Positions 51,507-61,351 of a stretch of 64,000 nucleotides of DNA are shown in pieces. Location: contig OZ245006.1 of assembly GCA_965223545.1 (NCBI GenBank), forward strand, positions 352,001 to 416,000, written 5' to 3'. A program made the position numbers and the translations under genes. Numbering within the stretch: the stretch's first letter is position 1; every line of letters starts with the position of its first letter. The notes beneath the pieces are model-generated. The model was not told where the DNA came from. It ran no database searches and saw only the letters and a list, made by a program, of their open reading frames with translations. This stretch comes from Planctomycetota bacterium (GTDB taxonomy: Bacteria > Planctomycetota > UBA1135 > UBA2386).

Positions 51507-51864
51507 CGGTGGGTTCCTCTCTGCGAGCGAGAGCGGCGCCTGGGCGGGGCCAGCGCGCGACCACGACAGCGGGGCCCCCTCCGGGCCCGGTCCGGTCGCG
51601 GCGCGCCACTGGCAACGCAGGCCACGGGCGCGCTCTCGCGACGTCGTGCACGCGCGGCCGGGCGCGTGCAGCGCCGCCGCGGAGCTCGATGGGAGCCCTC
51701 GCCACGGGCGCGCTGCGCGCCAACCCTCGCGTGCCAGATTCCATGATGACGGTTCTCGGGCGAGGCCACGCCGGCGCGCCACAAGGCGGCGACGGGATTC
51801 GTTTCGGGCCCCGACCGGTCGGGATGATACGGCAGGAGAACCGCCGGGCGAACCGAATTGTACG

Positions 51865-51888
51865 GCACCGCCCTTCGGCGGGCGGTGC
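51865..51888 (-). terminator. Hairpin after pilQ
   Basis: GCACCGCCC-ttcggc-GGGCGGTGC 9-bp stem about 30 bp past the stop. Confidence 0.45.
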
Positions 51889-51915
51889 GCGTCGAGGCAC
51901 GGGCGGCCGGCGCCG

Positions 51916-53745
51916 TCAGTTGGTGCTCGACTGCTCGCCGCCGCCGAAGATCCGATCGTACTCGGCCTTCATCTGCTCGCGGCGCTCGCGCAGGATGCGG
52001 TCCAGGTTGTCCTGGACTTCCTCGGCGGTGCGGATGATCGACGGGGTCACGAACACCACCAAGTTGGTGCGCGCCTTCTGCGTCGACCGGCTCTTGAACA
52101 GCCACCCCAACAGCGGGATGTCGCCGAGCAGCGGCAGCTGGGTCACGGTCTCGCTGGTGCTGTCGGTGACCAAGCCACCCAGCACCGCCGTCTGCCCCGA
52201 GTGCAGCATGATCTTGGTGGCGATCGTGCTCGAGGCGATGCGCGGCAGGGCGATGCTGCCGGAGCCGCCCTGGGTGCCGGCGCCCACCGTGAACACGTCG
52301 AAGCCGGCCGGCGCCAGACTGGACTGGCCAGTGCCGGACAGCGAATCGGACTTCGGGATGATCTCCATGATCACCTGGTCGGTGCCCGGCACGATGTGCG
52401 GGATCACGAGCAGCTGGAAGCCGGTGCTCACCGGCGAGTTGGGCGCCTCCTCGACGACCAGGGTCAGACCGCCGGCCTGGCCCTGCTCGGCGCGCGCCTG
52501 CGCGTAGCGGATCGTCTCGCCGACGAAGATCGTCGCCTCCTGGTGGTCGAGCGCGATCAGCTTCGGCGCCTGGGTGATCTCCGCCGAGCTGTCACGGCGC
52601 AGCAGGCGCAGCGCCGCGGTGACCTGGGTGAAGTTGAGGGCGCCGTAGACCACGTCGGGGATCACGGTGTTGCCCGCGTTCAGCGCCTCGTCGGCGAACG
52701 GACCGATGCCGTTCGGCGCGGCGATCAGGTCGTCGTCGAAGCCACCGGCACCGAGGTTGAACGGCAGCCGCGTCGGGATCTGGCCGAGGCTCAGGCCCGC
52801 GGTCCAGCCGTTGTCGCCGACGTTGACGCCGTACTCGAGCAGGTCGTTGTTGGTCGTGGTGACGAAGGTGACGTCGATGAACACCTGGCCCGGCTCGACG
52901 TCGACGCTCTCGATGATCTTGGCCACCTGCTCGACGACGGGCTTGGTGTCCTTGATGATGATCACGTTGTTGGCGTCGAAGTACTCGAGCCGGCCGAGAT
53001 CGGGGGTCATCGTGCGCTCGAGCGCCTCCAGCAGGGCGAACGTCGCGCTCTCCTGCTGCATCTCGGTCGACACCTGCGGCCGCACGTACTGCGACGTCAG
53101 CATCGGCACGTAGGTCGAGCGCGGACGCACGTAGCGCAGCTGGAAGTGCCGCGTGACGGTGTCCTCCTTGAGGTTGCTCGGCGGGATGACGCGCAGGATG
53201 CCGCGGCCTTCCTCGACCACGACATAGCCCAGCGTCTTGACCGCCGCGTCCAGCGCATCCCGCCACGGGATGTTGCGCAACCGCAGCGTGATCGTGCCCT
53301 GCACCTCCGGCGCCACGACGATGTTGGCGCCCGAGATCTTGGCGATCGTGTCGATGACGTTCTGGATGTCGGCGTTCTCGAAGGCGAAGTAGACGCGCGG
53401 CGGCTTCTCGACCTTGAGCACGTTGCCGGCCTCCTCGACGACGACGCACTTGGCGGCCTCGGCGACCAGCTCGAGCGCCCGACGCCACGGCACATCCTTG
53501 AGGTCGATGGTCACCGTTTCGTCGATCTCGTCGTCGATGATGATGTTGGCACCCGCCTTGCGGCGAATGCTGTGCACCACGTCCGACAAGAGCCGGTCCT
53601 TGAGCCGCAGCGTCAGTAGCGTCTGCGAGCTGCCAGGAGCCTGCGACTCGACGCCGACGTCCTCGGACTGCGCGCTGAGCCTGGTGCCGGCCAACGCCAG
53701 CACGGAGGACAGAATCGTGACGGTCGTCCAGATCTTTGCCTGCAT
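51916..53745 (-). CDS. pilQ: Outer-membrane secretin PilQ/GspD
   Basis: Start MQAKIW at 53745 with a signal peptide; two N0/STN-like repeats (L.DVPW..AL); secretin motifs GQTAVLGGL, PLLGDIPLLGWLF, LVVFVTPSII. Confidence 0.92.
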   Translation of the reverse strand: MQAKIWTTVTILSSVLALAGTRLSAQSEDVGVESQAPGSSQTLLTLRLKDRLLSDVVHSIRRKAGANIIIDDEIDETVTIDLKDVPWRRALELVAEAAKCVVVEEAGNVLKVEKPPRVYFAFENADIQNVIDTIAKISGANIVVAPEVQGTITLRLRNIPWRDALDAAVKTLGYVVVEEGRGILRVIPPSNLKEDTVTRHFQLRYVRPRSTYVPMLTSQYVRPQVSTEMQQESATFALLEALERTMTPDLGRLEYFDANNVIIIKDTKPVVEQVAKIIESVDVEPGQVFIDVTFVTTTNNDLLEYGVNVGDNGWTAGLSLGQIPTRLPFNLGAGGFDDDLIAAPNGIGPFADEALNAGNTVIPDVVYGALNFTQVTAALRLLRRDSSAEITQAPKLIALDHQEATIFVGETIRYAQARAEQGQAGGLTLVVEEAPNSPVSTGFQLLVIPHIVPGTDQVIMEIIPKSDSLSGTGQSSLAPAGFDVFTVGAGTQGGSGSIALPRIASSTIATKIMLHSGQTAVLGGLVTDSTSETVTQLPLLGDIPLLGWLFKSRSTQKARTNLVVFVTPSIIRTAEEVQDNLDRILRERREQMKAEYDRIFGGGEQSSTN

Positions 53746-53980
53746 CTTGTTCCCGTTCCTGAGGGGTGAAGCCCTCGTTCGCCGCAGGTGTGATCGACCG
53801 GCACGCCGGCTCGTCTTGAACGCAAAAGCTCGTTCGCACGAAGATCTGAGCGCAAGGCGCATGGCATCCGTCCAGCGCGGAGCGGCCATCGGCCGCGGAC
53901 GGCAGCGCAACGCGCAACACGCTGCGGGTGCGGCTCGACCCCCTGGGGAGCGCACCAGACGGCACCCGCGACCCCGTAGT

Positions 53981-54380
53981 GAGCCTCCGGCGCCTCGAAT
54001 CTTCGAGCTTCGACAACATTTTCGAGGCGACGTCGCTGCCATGGCAACGTCGCCGCGGCGCCGGAGGCTCGGAGAGACAGTGCCTCCTGGCTCAGCGCGG
54101 CGGCGGATGGGTCGGGCCTTCCAAGCCGCTCCGGGAAAAGCGGCATCCGAGTTTGGTTGCGGCCGTGGCCGCGCTGAGCCTCGGGGTCCGCAAATCTTCG
54201 CGCGGCGACAACCTTTCGGAAGGCTCGATGCCGCTGGAACTTCGACAACGCAGCTCCCGGAGGCTCGAAGACAACACTGGCCTCTGGGCTCAGCGCGGCC
54301 GCCGGCGACCGCCGGACCCGCGACCGACGCTCGGGTCGCGGAATGCTCCGTGTTTGTTTGCGGCCTCGGCCGCGTTGAGG
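53981..54380. repeat. Two degenerate ~200-bp tandem units, each with two long inverted repeats (REP/BIME-like or structured RNA)
   Basis: IR pairs 53981-53994/54057-54070, 54089-54101/54168-54180, 54176-54185/54256-54266 and 54289-54301/54367-54379. Shared motifs AATCTTCG-N5-CGACAAC and GTTTGnTTGCGGCC. Confidence 0.75.
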
Positions 54381-54401
54381 GTCAGGCGGGTGCAAACCGC
54401 A

Positions 54402-55814
54402 TCACAGGATGCGGACGACCGTGAAGCCCTTGTAGACGAACTCGATCCGGTCGTTGTCGACCCGCTTCAGCAGCAGGTTGTTGTCGACGTACTCGCCTTC
54501 TTGATAGACGATGCCGTTGAGGATCACGCCCGAGCGGCCGACGTCGGTGACGCACATGCCGGAGATGTCGAGCTTGAGCGCCGAGAACTCGCGCGCCAGC
54601 TTGGCGCGCAGGTAGACGCCTTCGATCGCCAACCGGAGCTCGTGGCGCGGGTCGTCCTCGGGCACCGACAGCTTGTCGCGGATCGTATCGCAACGGTCGA
54701 TGGCCGTGCCCATGTCACCTGCGCTGAGGTCGCTGCGCATCGCCGCCAGCAGGTCCTTCATCTCGGACTCCGGCAGCCAGCGGTCGGCGTCCGGGCCGCC
54801 CACGGCCGTCGCGTGCTGGCGCAGCCGCCCCAGCGGCTCGAGCACCTCGCGACCCCACGCCACCTTGATCGGCGTGTGGGTGATGTAGCCCTTGGTCTGC
54901 ATCTCGTCGACTTCCTCGCCGACGACGCCGAGCTTCTCACGCAGCTCGCGCTCCAGCGCGTAGCGCTCGAAGATGGTGATGGTGTCGTCCTGCAGGCGCT
55001 CGTGCACCTTGAGGCACTCGGCGACCTTGGCCCGCACCCGCTCGAGGATGCGCTGCTGATCGCGCGGCGACGGACCGGTGCGGTCCCCGCTCTGCGCCAG
55101 GCTGCTCTCGCGCGGGTCGACGAAGATGTCGCGACGTCCACGGCGGCCCTGGTAGCGGAAGCCATCGCTGACCACCGTCTGCCGCGCCTCGTAGATCTCT
55201 TCCTGCAGCTTCTCGACCTTGTTCTCGTAGTTGGGGATCTCGACGTCCTTGCCGGTCGACTTGCCGCTGTAGACGTAGGTCTCCACCGTCATCGAGATGG
55301 TGTGCACCGCGTCGGCACCGTTGCGCGACACGCCGGCGGCGATGTTGAAGTCGGTCACCTGGGCGAACCGCTCCCAGTTCTCGAAGAAGCTCGCGAACTG
55401 CAAGAACTGCCACACCGTGCCGGTCAGCTCGAACTTGTAGGTGTAGCGGGCGAACGCGCTGCCCTTGCTGGCGGACGCCTCGCGCCCCGGCAAGAACTGC
55501 TTCATGTTGACGCCCGACTGCGCAACGAAGTCCTGCGTGATGCGCAGGAAGTCGTTCACCTCCTGCGCCTCTGGCAGGATCTTGACGTACTCCAGCAGGT
55601 TCTCGCGCAGCACGATGACGTCCTGCTCGACCGCCGCGATCTTCTCGATCTTGGATTCCGCCTCGCGGATCTTGGTCCGCAGGTCGGCGATCACCAGCTG
55701 CTTCTCTTCGACCTTGCCCTTGGCCCACCACACGCCACCGCCGCCGGCGCCGCACAGCAGCGTCACGACACCGGCGATCAAGCCGAGCTTCTTGCCGTCT
55801 GAAAGTCTGCGCAT
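54402..55814 (-). CDS. pilO: PilO-like protein with a C-terminal PilP/HR-like extension, 470 aa
   Basis: TM, coiled coil, ILP...EV..FL, ferredoxin-like PilO region, then RRDIFVDP and C-terminal ILNG..YQEG..V. Lies between pilN and pilQ. Confidence 0.7.
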   Translation of the reverse strand: MRRLSDGKKLGLIAGVVTLLCGAGGGGVWWAKGKVEEKQLVIADLRTKIREAESKIEKIAAVEQDVIVLRENLLEYVKILPEAQEVNDFLRITQDFVAQSGVNMKQFLPGREASASKGSAFARYTYKFELTGTVWQFLQFASFFENWERFAQVTDFNIAAGVSRNGADAVHTISMTVETYVYSGKSTGKDVEIPNYENKVEKLQEEIYEARQTVVSDGFRYQGRRGRRDIFVDPRESSLAQSGDRTGPSPRDQQRILERVRAKVAECLKVHERLQDDTITIFERYALERELREKLGVVGEEVDEMQTKGYITHTPIKVAWGREVLEPLGRLRQHATAVGGPDADRWLPESEMKDLLAAMRSDLSAGDMGTAIDRCDTIRDKLSVPEDDPRHELRLAIEGVYLRAKLAREFSALKLDISGMCVTDVGRSGVILNGIVYQEGEYVDNNLLLKRVDNDRIEFVYKGFTVVRIL

Positions 55815-55817
55815 GAC

Positions 55818-56465
55818 TTAGTCCTTCTTGGCCCCGGCCTTCTTGTTCTTCTGCCACTTGGACGTCGGGTGGAACGTCCAGCTCATGTTGAAGAACTGTG
55901 ACTGCGGCGGAACCATCTTGGCGTTGGTCTCCAACACACCACTCGGCGCGCTCTTGCTGCGCACGTCCTTGAAGAACTCGGCGTTCTCCAGGTCCTCGTG
56001 GAAGTCGGCGACCTTGTCCATGGTGCTGCCCTGCACCCAGCCCGGCATGTTGACGGTCGGTCCGACCCTGGCGTTGCCGGCCTTGACGCTGATGCCGCGG
56101 AACCAGCCCACGTGGCGCTCCGAGTTGCCCTCGTTGTTCACCACGTCGAACAGCTCGTCGATGATCTTGGTCCACAAGATCCGCGACTGGCCGATCGACT
56201 GGATCGTGCGCGAGCGGTTCTCGTAGTCCTTCTTTTCCTTCTGCAGGTCGTTGAAGTAGGCGACCTGCTTCTGCTTGTTGGTCAGATCTTCGTTGACCGC
56301 GATCTCCTCGACCTCGAGGTTGCCGAGCTCGCCGAAGTAGACGAAACCGAACCAGCCCACCGAGGAGCACACCAAGATCACGCCGACCACGAGGGCTGCG
56401 AAGATCTTCGGCGACGTGCGCTCGGCGCGCCGGTACTGTTCAGGAAGTAGGTTGATCCGAATCAT
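55818..56465 (-). CDS. pilN: PilN
   Basis: N-terminal INLLP motif, TM, coiled coil. Confidence 0.9.
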   Translation of the reverse strand: MIRINLLPEQYRRAERTSPKIFAALVVGVILVCSSVGWFGFVYFGELGNLEVEEIAVNEDLTNKQKQVAYFNDLQKEKKDYENRSRTIQSIGQSRILWTKIIDELFDVVNNEGNSERHVGWFRGISVKAGNARVGPTVNMPGWVQGSTMDKVADFHEDLENAEFFKDVRSKSAPSGVLETNAKMVPPQSQFFNMSWTFHPTSKWQKNKKAGAKKD

Positions 56466-56476
56466 GCCTGCTCACC

Positions 56477-57505
56477 TCATCCCATGGTCGCCAAGCCAAC
56501 GCACACCGCGAGCTGTGGCGCCGAGCGGTTGAGCGCGTCGATGTCGACGTTGTCCGACTTGACCTTCAAGCCCTCGATCGGGTTCCAGACGCGCGTCTTC
56601 TTCTCGAAGATCTTCTCCAAGCTCTCCTCGAGGAACGGCAGCAGCACGGAGCCGCCCGAGAGGTGCACTTCCTGCACCTCGCCGTCGAACTGGTTCTCGA
56701 AGAAGTCGAACGACAGGTTGATCTCGTTGCCGAGATCGTCGAGCACGGCGCCCACCGCGTCCTGCAGCTCGACCAGCTGATCCTGCGGATCGCGCTTCAT
56801 CGCCTCGGCCTCGTAGGCCTCGAGGCCGAAGCGGCGGGTCACCGCGTTGGTCAGGTCCTGGCCACCCATCGGCACCTCGCGCGCGAAGTAGGTGACGTTG
56901 TTGCGCATGATGTTGATGCAGGACTTGACCGAACCGATGTCGATCAACGCGACGGTGTGGTCGCTCTCCTGCAGGCCCGGGCTGACGATGTCGTTCAGCT
57001 CATAAGCGTTGCCGATGGCGAAGCTGTCGACACCCACCGACACCGGCTGCAGGCTCAGGTCCTGCAGCATCTGCGCCTGATCGTCGAGCAGCGAGCGCTT
57101 GGCGGCGACCAGCAGTACCTTGACCTCGTCCTGGCCGCCCTCTTCGGCGGCCGGCAGGTCCATCAGCTTCTGCGTGTCGATCTGCACGTCGTCGACTTCG
57201 AAGGGGATGTACTTGTCCGCCTCGAAGCGCACCGCGTTGGCCAGATCGTCGTCCGACATCTGCACCATGTTGACGAAGCGGAAGATCACGGACTTGCCGC
57301 TGACCGCCGTCGCCACGCGCTTGGTGCGGAATCCCGCCGACTTGAACAGGTCGGAGATCGCATCGCGCCGGGCCTGCTCTCCCGGGACGTCGATTTGGCC
57401 GTAGGCCGTGATGATGAAGTCGTACTTGTCCTGGGTCAGCTCGATCGCCTTGATCGAGCTGGTCCCGATATCCAAGCCAACAATGCTCTTGCGCTGCTTG
57501 AGCAT
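56477..57505 (-). CDS. pilM: PilM (actin-like)
   Basis: VGLDIGTSSIK, YIPF, LIDIG, LSGG, VGLA; start MLKQRK at 57505. Confidence 0.95.
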   Translation of the reverse strand: MLKQRKSIVGLDIGTSSIKAIELTQDKYDFIITAYGQIDVPGEQARRDAISDLFKSAGFRTKRVATAVSGKSVIFRFVNMVQMSDDDLANAVRFEADKYIPFEVDDVQIDTQKLMDLPAAEEGGQDEVKVLLVAAKRSLLDDQAQMLQDLSLQPVSVGVDSFAIGNAYELNDIVSPGLQESDHTVALIDIGSVKSCINIMRNNVTYFAREVPMGGQDLTNAVTRRFGLEAYEAEAMKRDPQDQLVELQDAVGAVLDDLGNEINLSFDFFENQFDGEVQEVHLSGGSVLLPFLEESLEKIFEKKTRVWNPIEGLKVKSDNVDIDALNRSAPQLAVCVGLATMG

Positions 57506-57525
57506 GCTTCTTCCCTCGGCCGATG

Positions 57526-57542
57526 TGCAGCCAACGTGCCAC
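57526..57542 (-). promoter_or_regulatory. Probable sigma-54 promoter of pilMNOQ
   Basis: Minus strand GTGGCACG-TTGG-CTGCA, i.e. GG-N10-GC with TGGCACG intact, about 20 bp before the pilM ATG. Confidence 0.6.
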
Positions 57543-57740
57543 GGGCCCGTCACGCGGGGCCCACACGCCACCTATCGGCCGGCGGCCCCTGGCGAATTGA
57601 GTGCCGGCGAACGCGGCGCCCCGTCGACCCGCGCGGTGGGGCTCCGCCAGCCCGCCGACCACACCGACGACTGCTCCAAAACCGCACACCCGGGGGCGGA
57701 GGCACGGTCCCGATTCGGGACGGCGCCGCCTGGGCGCGAG

Positions 57741-58028
57741 TCACTCCTCGCCGAACGAGGCCTCGACCAGCTCGCGCAGGGCGCGCAGCTGGGCTTCGCA
57801 GTCGGGGCCCTCGGCCTCGAGCTCGAGGGTGGCGCCGCACTCGGCCGCCAGCATCATCACGCCCATGATCGACTTGCCGTCGACGGGCTCGCCGCCGTCG
57901 CGGCGCACCGACAGCCGGCTGGCGTAGGCGTTCGCCGTCTGTACCCACAGGTGCGCAGGCCGGGCGTGCAGGCCGTGCTTGTTGCGCAGCGTCAGCGACA
58001 GCTGGCAGGTCTGCGGCTGCGCGCTCAT
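57741..58028 (-). CDS. ptsH: HPr/NPr phosphocarrier
   Basis: GLHARPA (His15), DGKSIMG (Ser46). Confidence 0.92.
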   Translation of the reverse strand: MSAQPQTCQLSLTLRNKHGLHARPAHLWVQTANAYASRLSVRRDGGEPVDGKSIMGVMMLAAECGATLELEAEGPDCEAQLRALRELVEASFGEE

Positions 58029-58489
58029 TCGGGCGAGCTCATCTCGCGCAGCAGCTCGCGCATCTCGTCGGCGCCGGCGGCGGCCTGCACGAAACGGCGA
58101 AAATCGGCATTGCGCGCCAGCGACGACACCCAGCGCAGGATCTCCAGGTGCTCGGTCGACGGCTCGGCCGGGCCGACGAGAAAGAAGATCGTGTGCACCG
58201 GCTGGCCGTCGATCGCGTCGTATTCCAGGCCCTGCGGTGACCGTGCGAGGGCGAGCACCAGCTGATCGACCGCGGCGGTCTTGACGTGCGGCACGGCGAC
58301 GCCGTTGCCGATCCCGGTCGTGCCGAGCTCCTCGCGCCGGTGGATCAGCGCGCAGACCTCGTCGCGGGCCGCGGCGGGGATTCCACCGCCCTCAACCAGG
58401 CCGGCGACGACCTCTTCCAGGGCAGCCGCCTTGGTCTCGGCCTGTAGACCGGGCAACAGGGTTGCCGCATCGATCAGCGCGTCGTGCAT
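58025..58489 (-). CDS. ptsN: PTS EIIA (Ntr/Fru-type)
   Basis: RE.LGTTGIGNGVAVPH, DAIDGQPV; sits in the rpoN cluster. Confidence 0.88.
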   Translation of the reverse strand: MHDALIDAATLLPGLQAETKAAALEEVVAGLVEGGGIPAAARDEVCALIHRREELGTTGIGNGVAVPHVKTAAVDQLVLALARSPQGLEYDAIDGQPVHTIFFLVGPAEPSTEHLEILRWVSSLARNADFRRFVQAAAGADEMRELLREMSSPE

Positions 58490-58538
58490 CTCACTCGGAA
58501 CGAAGGGCGCGACATGAAGCCCGATGTCGGCAACAGGA

Positions 58539-58943
58539 TCAAGTGAGATCTCGACGCACCACGTCGTCGTAGGTCTCCTCCGACGCCTCGTCGGCGGGCA
58601 CCGGCTCGTCGATATCGGAGGCCCCGTGGCCCCGGTGGTGGTCCTTGCGCCGCTCGTTGTTCTTCTTCAGCTGGCGCTCCATCTTGTCCACGAGCAGATC
58701 CACCGCCGACTTGAAGTGCTCGCGGTGCTCCCTCGCAACCAGGGTTGCGCCGGAGTCGACGTGGATCAAGAGCTCCACCGACGGCTCCTCGTGGGCACCG
58801 TCGATCACCAGGTGGATGCGCGAGATCCGGTTGTGGAACCGCGTGAGGCGCCCGACCTTGTCGGTGGCATAGGCGCGCATGCGGTCGGACAACGGCTCGT
58901 GTCGGCTGGTGATCTCGATCGGGACGTCTCGGTTCTCGTGCAT
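58539..58943 (-). CDS. hpf: Ribosome hibernation factor HPF/RaiA
   Basis: IEITSRH...RAYA..KV..L..F, AVD...DKMERQLKK; start MHENRD at 58943. Confidence 0.88.
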   Translation of the reverse strand: MHENRDVPIEITSRHEPLSDRMRAYATDKVGRLTRFHNRISRIHLVIDGAHEEPSVELLIHVDSGATLVAREHREHFKSAVDLLVDKMERQLKKNNERRKDHHRGHGASDIDEPVPADEASEETYDDVVRRDLT

Positions 58944-59044
58944 CGGATTCCACTCGGCCCAGCGGGCCGCCAACGAAAGACTGAACTTCGCCCGGCCGGC
59001 GAAAGCGCCACCGCGGCGGAGATCGGTGCGAGAGGGGAACGCCA

Positions 59045-59833
59045 TCATAGCGCAGCGCCGCTGGGGCTCCCGGCGCGGTTTCCACCGCGCCGCGCGTACA
59101 GCACGCGCACCAAGAACAGCCCGCCGGGCTCGAGCGTCGGCCCCGCAGCGGCGCGGTCGCGGGCGGCGAGGATCTGCGGTGCGGCCTCGGCACGCAGCTT
59201 GCCCGAACCGACGTCGCGCAGCGTTCCCGCCATGGTACGGACCATGTTGTACAAGAAGCCGTCGCCCTGGACCATGACGTCGACGCCGTGCGGCCGCCGC
59301 ATCACGTGCAAGTGGTGCACCGTGCGCACCGTGCCACGGGTGCGCCGGTAGCCCGGGTTGCTGGCGAACGAGGCGAAGTCGTGCCGGCCGACGAGCGCGC
59401 GCGCGGCCGCGCGCATGGCGCGCACGTCGAGCGGCCGGCGACACCAGTGGTGGAACGGCACCCCCACCACCGGTCGCACCGGCGCGACCACGAACCGATA
59501 GACGTAGCGCTTGGCCACCGCCGAGAACCGCGCGTGGAACTCCGGCGCCTCGGGGCGCACCCGCAGCACCGCGATGTCGCGCGGCAGGTTGCCGTTGAGC
59601 GCGCTGCGCAGGACGTCGGGCTCCCACGCCGCCGGCAAGCGCGCGTGCGCCGCTTGGCCGAGGGCGTGCACACCGGCGTCGGTGCGCCCCGCGCCGTGCA
59701 CCGCGATCGACTCGCCGGTCAGCACGGTGACCGCCTCCTCCAGCCGCTCTTGCACGGTGTCGAAACCGTCCTGGCGCTGCCACCCTGAGTAGGCGCTGCC
59801 GTCGTAGGCGATGACCAGGCGATAGGTGTACAT
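59045..59833 (-). CDS. truA: tRNA pseudouridine(38-40) synthase
   Basis: IAYDGS.YSGWQRQ, GAGRTDAGVHA, FHARFSA, GFLYNMVR; start MYTYRL at 59833. Confidence 0.95.
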   Translation of the reverse strand: MYTYRLVIAYDGSAYSGWQRQDGFDTVQERLEEAVTVLTGESIAVHGAGRTDAGVHALGQAAHARLPAAWEPDVLRSALNGNLPRDIAVLRVRPEAPEFHARFSAVAKRYVYRFVVAPVRPVVGVPFHHWCRRPLDVRAMRAAARALVGRHDFASFASNPGYRRTRGTVRTVHHLHVMRRPHGVDVMVQGDGFLYNMVRTMAGTLRDVGSGKLRAEAAPQILAARDRAAAGPTLEPGGLFLVRVLYARRGGNRAGSPSGAAL

Positions 59834-59945
59834 GGGGAGCGGCGGTGGCAGCGGGACCGACACTCGATCCCTCGCCGAGAATCTGCGCGCGACGCCGCCG
59901 TTTGGCAAGCCAAAGGCCGCGGCCCCCGCTGCACCGCCGGGCTCG

Positions 59946-61253
59946 TCATTGCCGCCGTTGCCACATCGCCGGAATGCCGAGCTCGCCGCGGTATTTCGCG
60001 ATCGTGCGCCGCGCCACCGACAGGCCGCCGTCGGCCAGCCGGCGCACCAAGTCCTCGTCCGACAGCGGGTGCTGCGGATCCTCGCCGGCGATCAGCTCGG
60101 CGATGCGCTGCGCCACGCTGCGGCGGCCGCTCCGGCCGCCGGCTGCCCGACCGCCGTCGAAGAACGCGCGCAGCGGATACACGCCGCGCGCCGTCGCCAC
60201 GTTCTTGCCGGCGACCGCTCGGCTGACCGTGGAGGGGTGCAGGTCGAGGGAATCGGCGATCTCGGCCATGCGCAGCGGCCGGATCGCGGCCTCGCCGTGC
60301 GTCAAGAACGCGCGCTGGTGCTGCATCACCGCCGCCGCCACCCGCGCCAGGGTGCGCTGGCGCTGCTCGAGCGCGGTCAGCAGCCCGCGCGCCGCCTCGA
60401 TCTTGTCCCGCAGGTAGCGGCGCACGTCGGTCTTGCACTCGCGGTCGGCGGCCATCGCGCGGTAGTCCTCGTTGATCCAGAGATCGGGCAGTGAGGCGTC
60501 ATCGACTCGCACCTCGAGCTCGCCGTCGAATTCTTCGACGACCACGTCGGCGTGCAGCGCGGGCTCCACCGACTGCGCGAACTCGGCCGCGGGCACCGGG
60601 CGCAGGCCGCGGACGCGATCCACCAGCCGCTCGACCCGCGCGACGTCGCAGCCCAGGGCCCGCGCCACGGCGGTGAACCGGCGGCGCGCCACGTCGCGCA
60701 GCTGCTCGGTCAACAGGCGTTCGATGTCGGCGCGGTCGGGATCCGCCGCCGGCACCTGCAGCAGCAGAGCCTCCACCGCGTCCCGCGCACCGACGCCGCG
60801 CGGCTCCAGCGAGCGCAGCACCGCGAGGGCTTCCTCCAGGACGTCGCCGCCGACCAGCTCGGCGAGCTCCTGGTCGCTGGCCTGCAGGAGACCGCGGTCG
60901 TCCAGCTGCCCGGCGAGGAGCAGGACCGCGTGCTCGAGCCCAGGAGGCAGCTGCGCCCACGCGATCTGCGCGCGCAGGTGGTCGACCAGCGTCGGCGGCG
61001 GCCCCGCCACCGCGTGCAGCCAATCGGCCGCCCCATCGGCGTCACCCCCGCCGCCGCGGCCCGGGGCACGGTCGGCCGGCGCCGCCGCGCGCCGCGCGCC
61101 CACCTCCAAGACCTCGTTGGTTTCGAGCTCCCGCGCGATCGCCGCCTCGAGCTCGACCGCCGCCATGCGCAGGATCTCGATGGACTGCAGCATCTTCGGC
61201 GCCAGCGCCAGCCGCTGCTCCTGGCGTTGGGCGAGACCGGTCCACGATTGCAT
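59946..61253 (-). CDS. rpoN: RNA polymerase sigma-54 factor
   Basis: Q.Q.L.L.P.MLQSIEIL, EP.GVGAR, LHPSTVSRA, RpoN box ARRTIAKYR; start MQSWTG at 61253. Confidence 0.95.
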   Translation of the reverse strand: MQSWTGLAQRQEQRLALAPKMLQSIEILRMAAVELEAAIARELETNEVLEVGARRAAAPADRAPGRGGGGDADGAADWLHAVAGPPPTLVDHLRAQIAWAQLPPGLEHAVLLLAGQLDDRGLLQASDQELAELVGGDVLEEALAVLRSLEPRGVGARDAVEALLLQVPAADPDRADIERLLTEQLRDVARRRFTAVARALGCDVARVERLVDRVRGLRPVPAAEFAQSVEPALHADVVVEEFDGELEVRVDDASLPDLWINEDYRAMAADRECKTDVRRYLRDKIEAARGLLTALEQRQRTLARVAAAVMQHQRAFLTHGEAAIRPLRMAEIADSLDLHPSTVSRAVAGKNVATARGVYPLRAFFDGGRAAGGRSGRRSVAQRIAELIAGEDPQHPLSDEDLVRRLADGGLSVARRTIAKYRGELGIPAMWQRRQ

Positions 61254-61351
61254 GCGTGCCGGAACTTCGACGCCGGGAGGGTGCTGCTTGAGGCGCGGGG
61301 CGGGCGATGTCCAAAGTCGCAACAGCGGGGCGTCGCTGGGCGCGGCAAACG

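Noticed and set aside
53981..54380. Known riboswitch (e.g. c-di-GMP) upstream of pilQ
   Set aside because: I could not match the conserved cores of any riboswitch class by eye. It is kept only as an unassigned structured repeat pending an Rfam search.
53613..54395. 260-aa ORF with an internal repeat as a missing pilP
   Set aside because: It has no lipobox or signal, is Arg/Pro-rich, and overlaps the pilQ start. The peptide repeat simply mirrors the DNA repeat.
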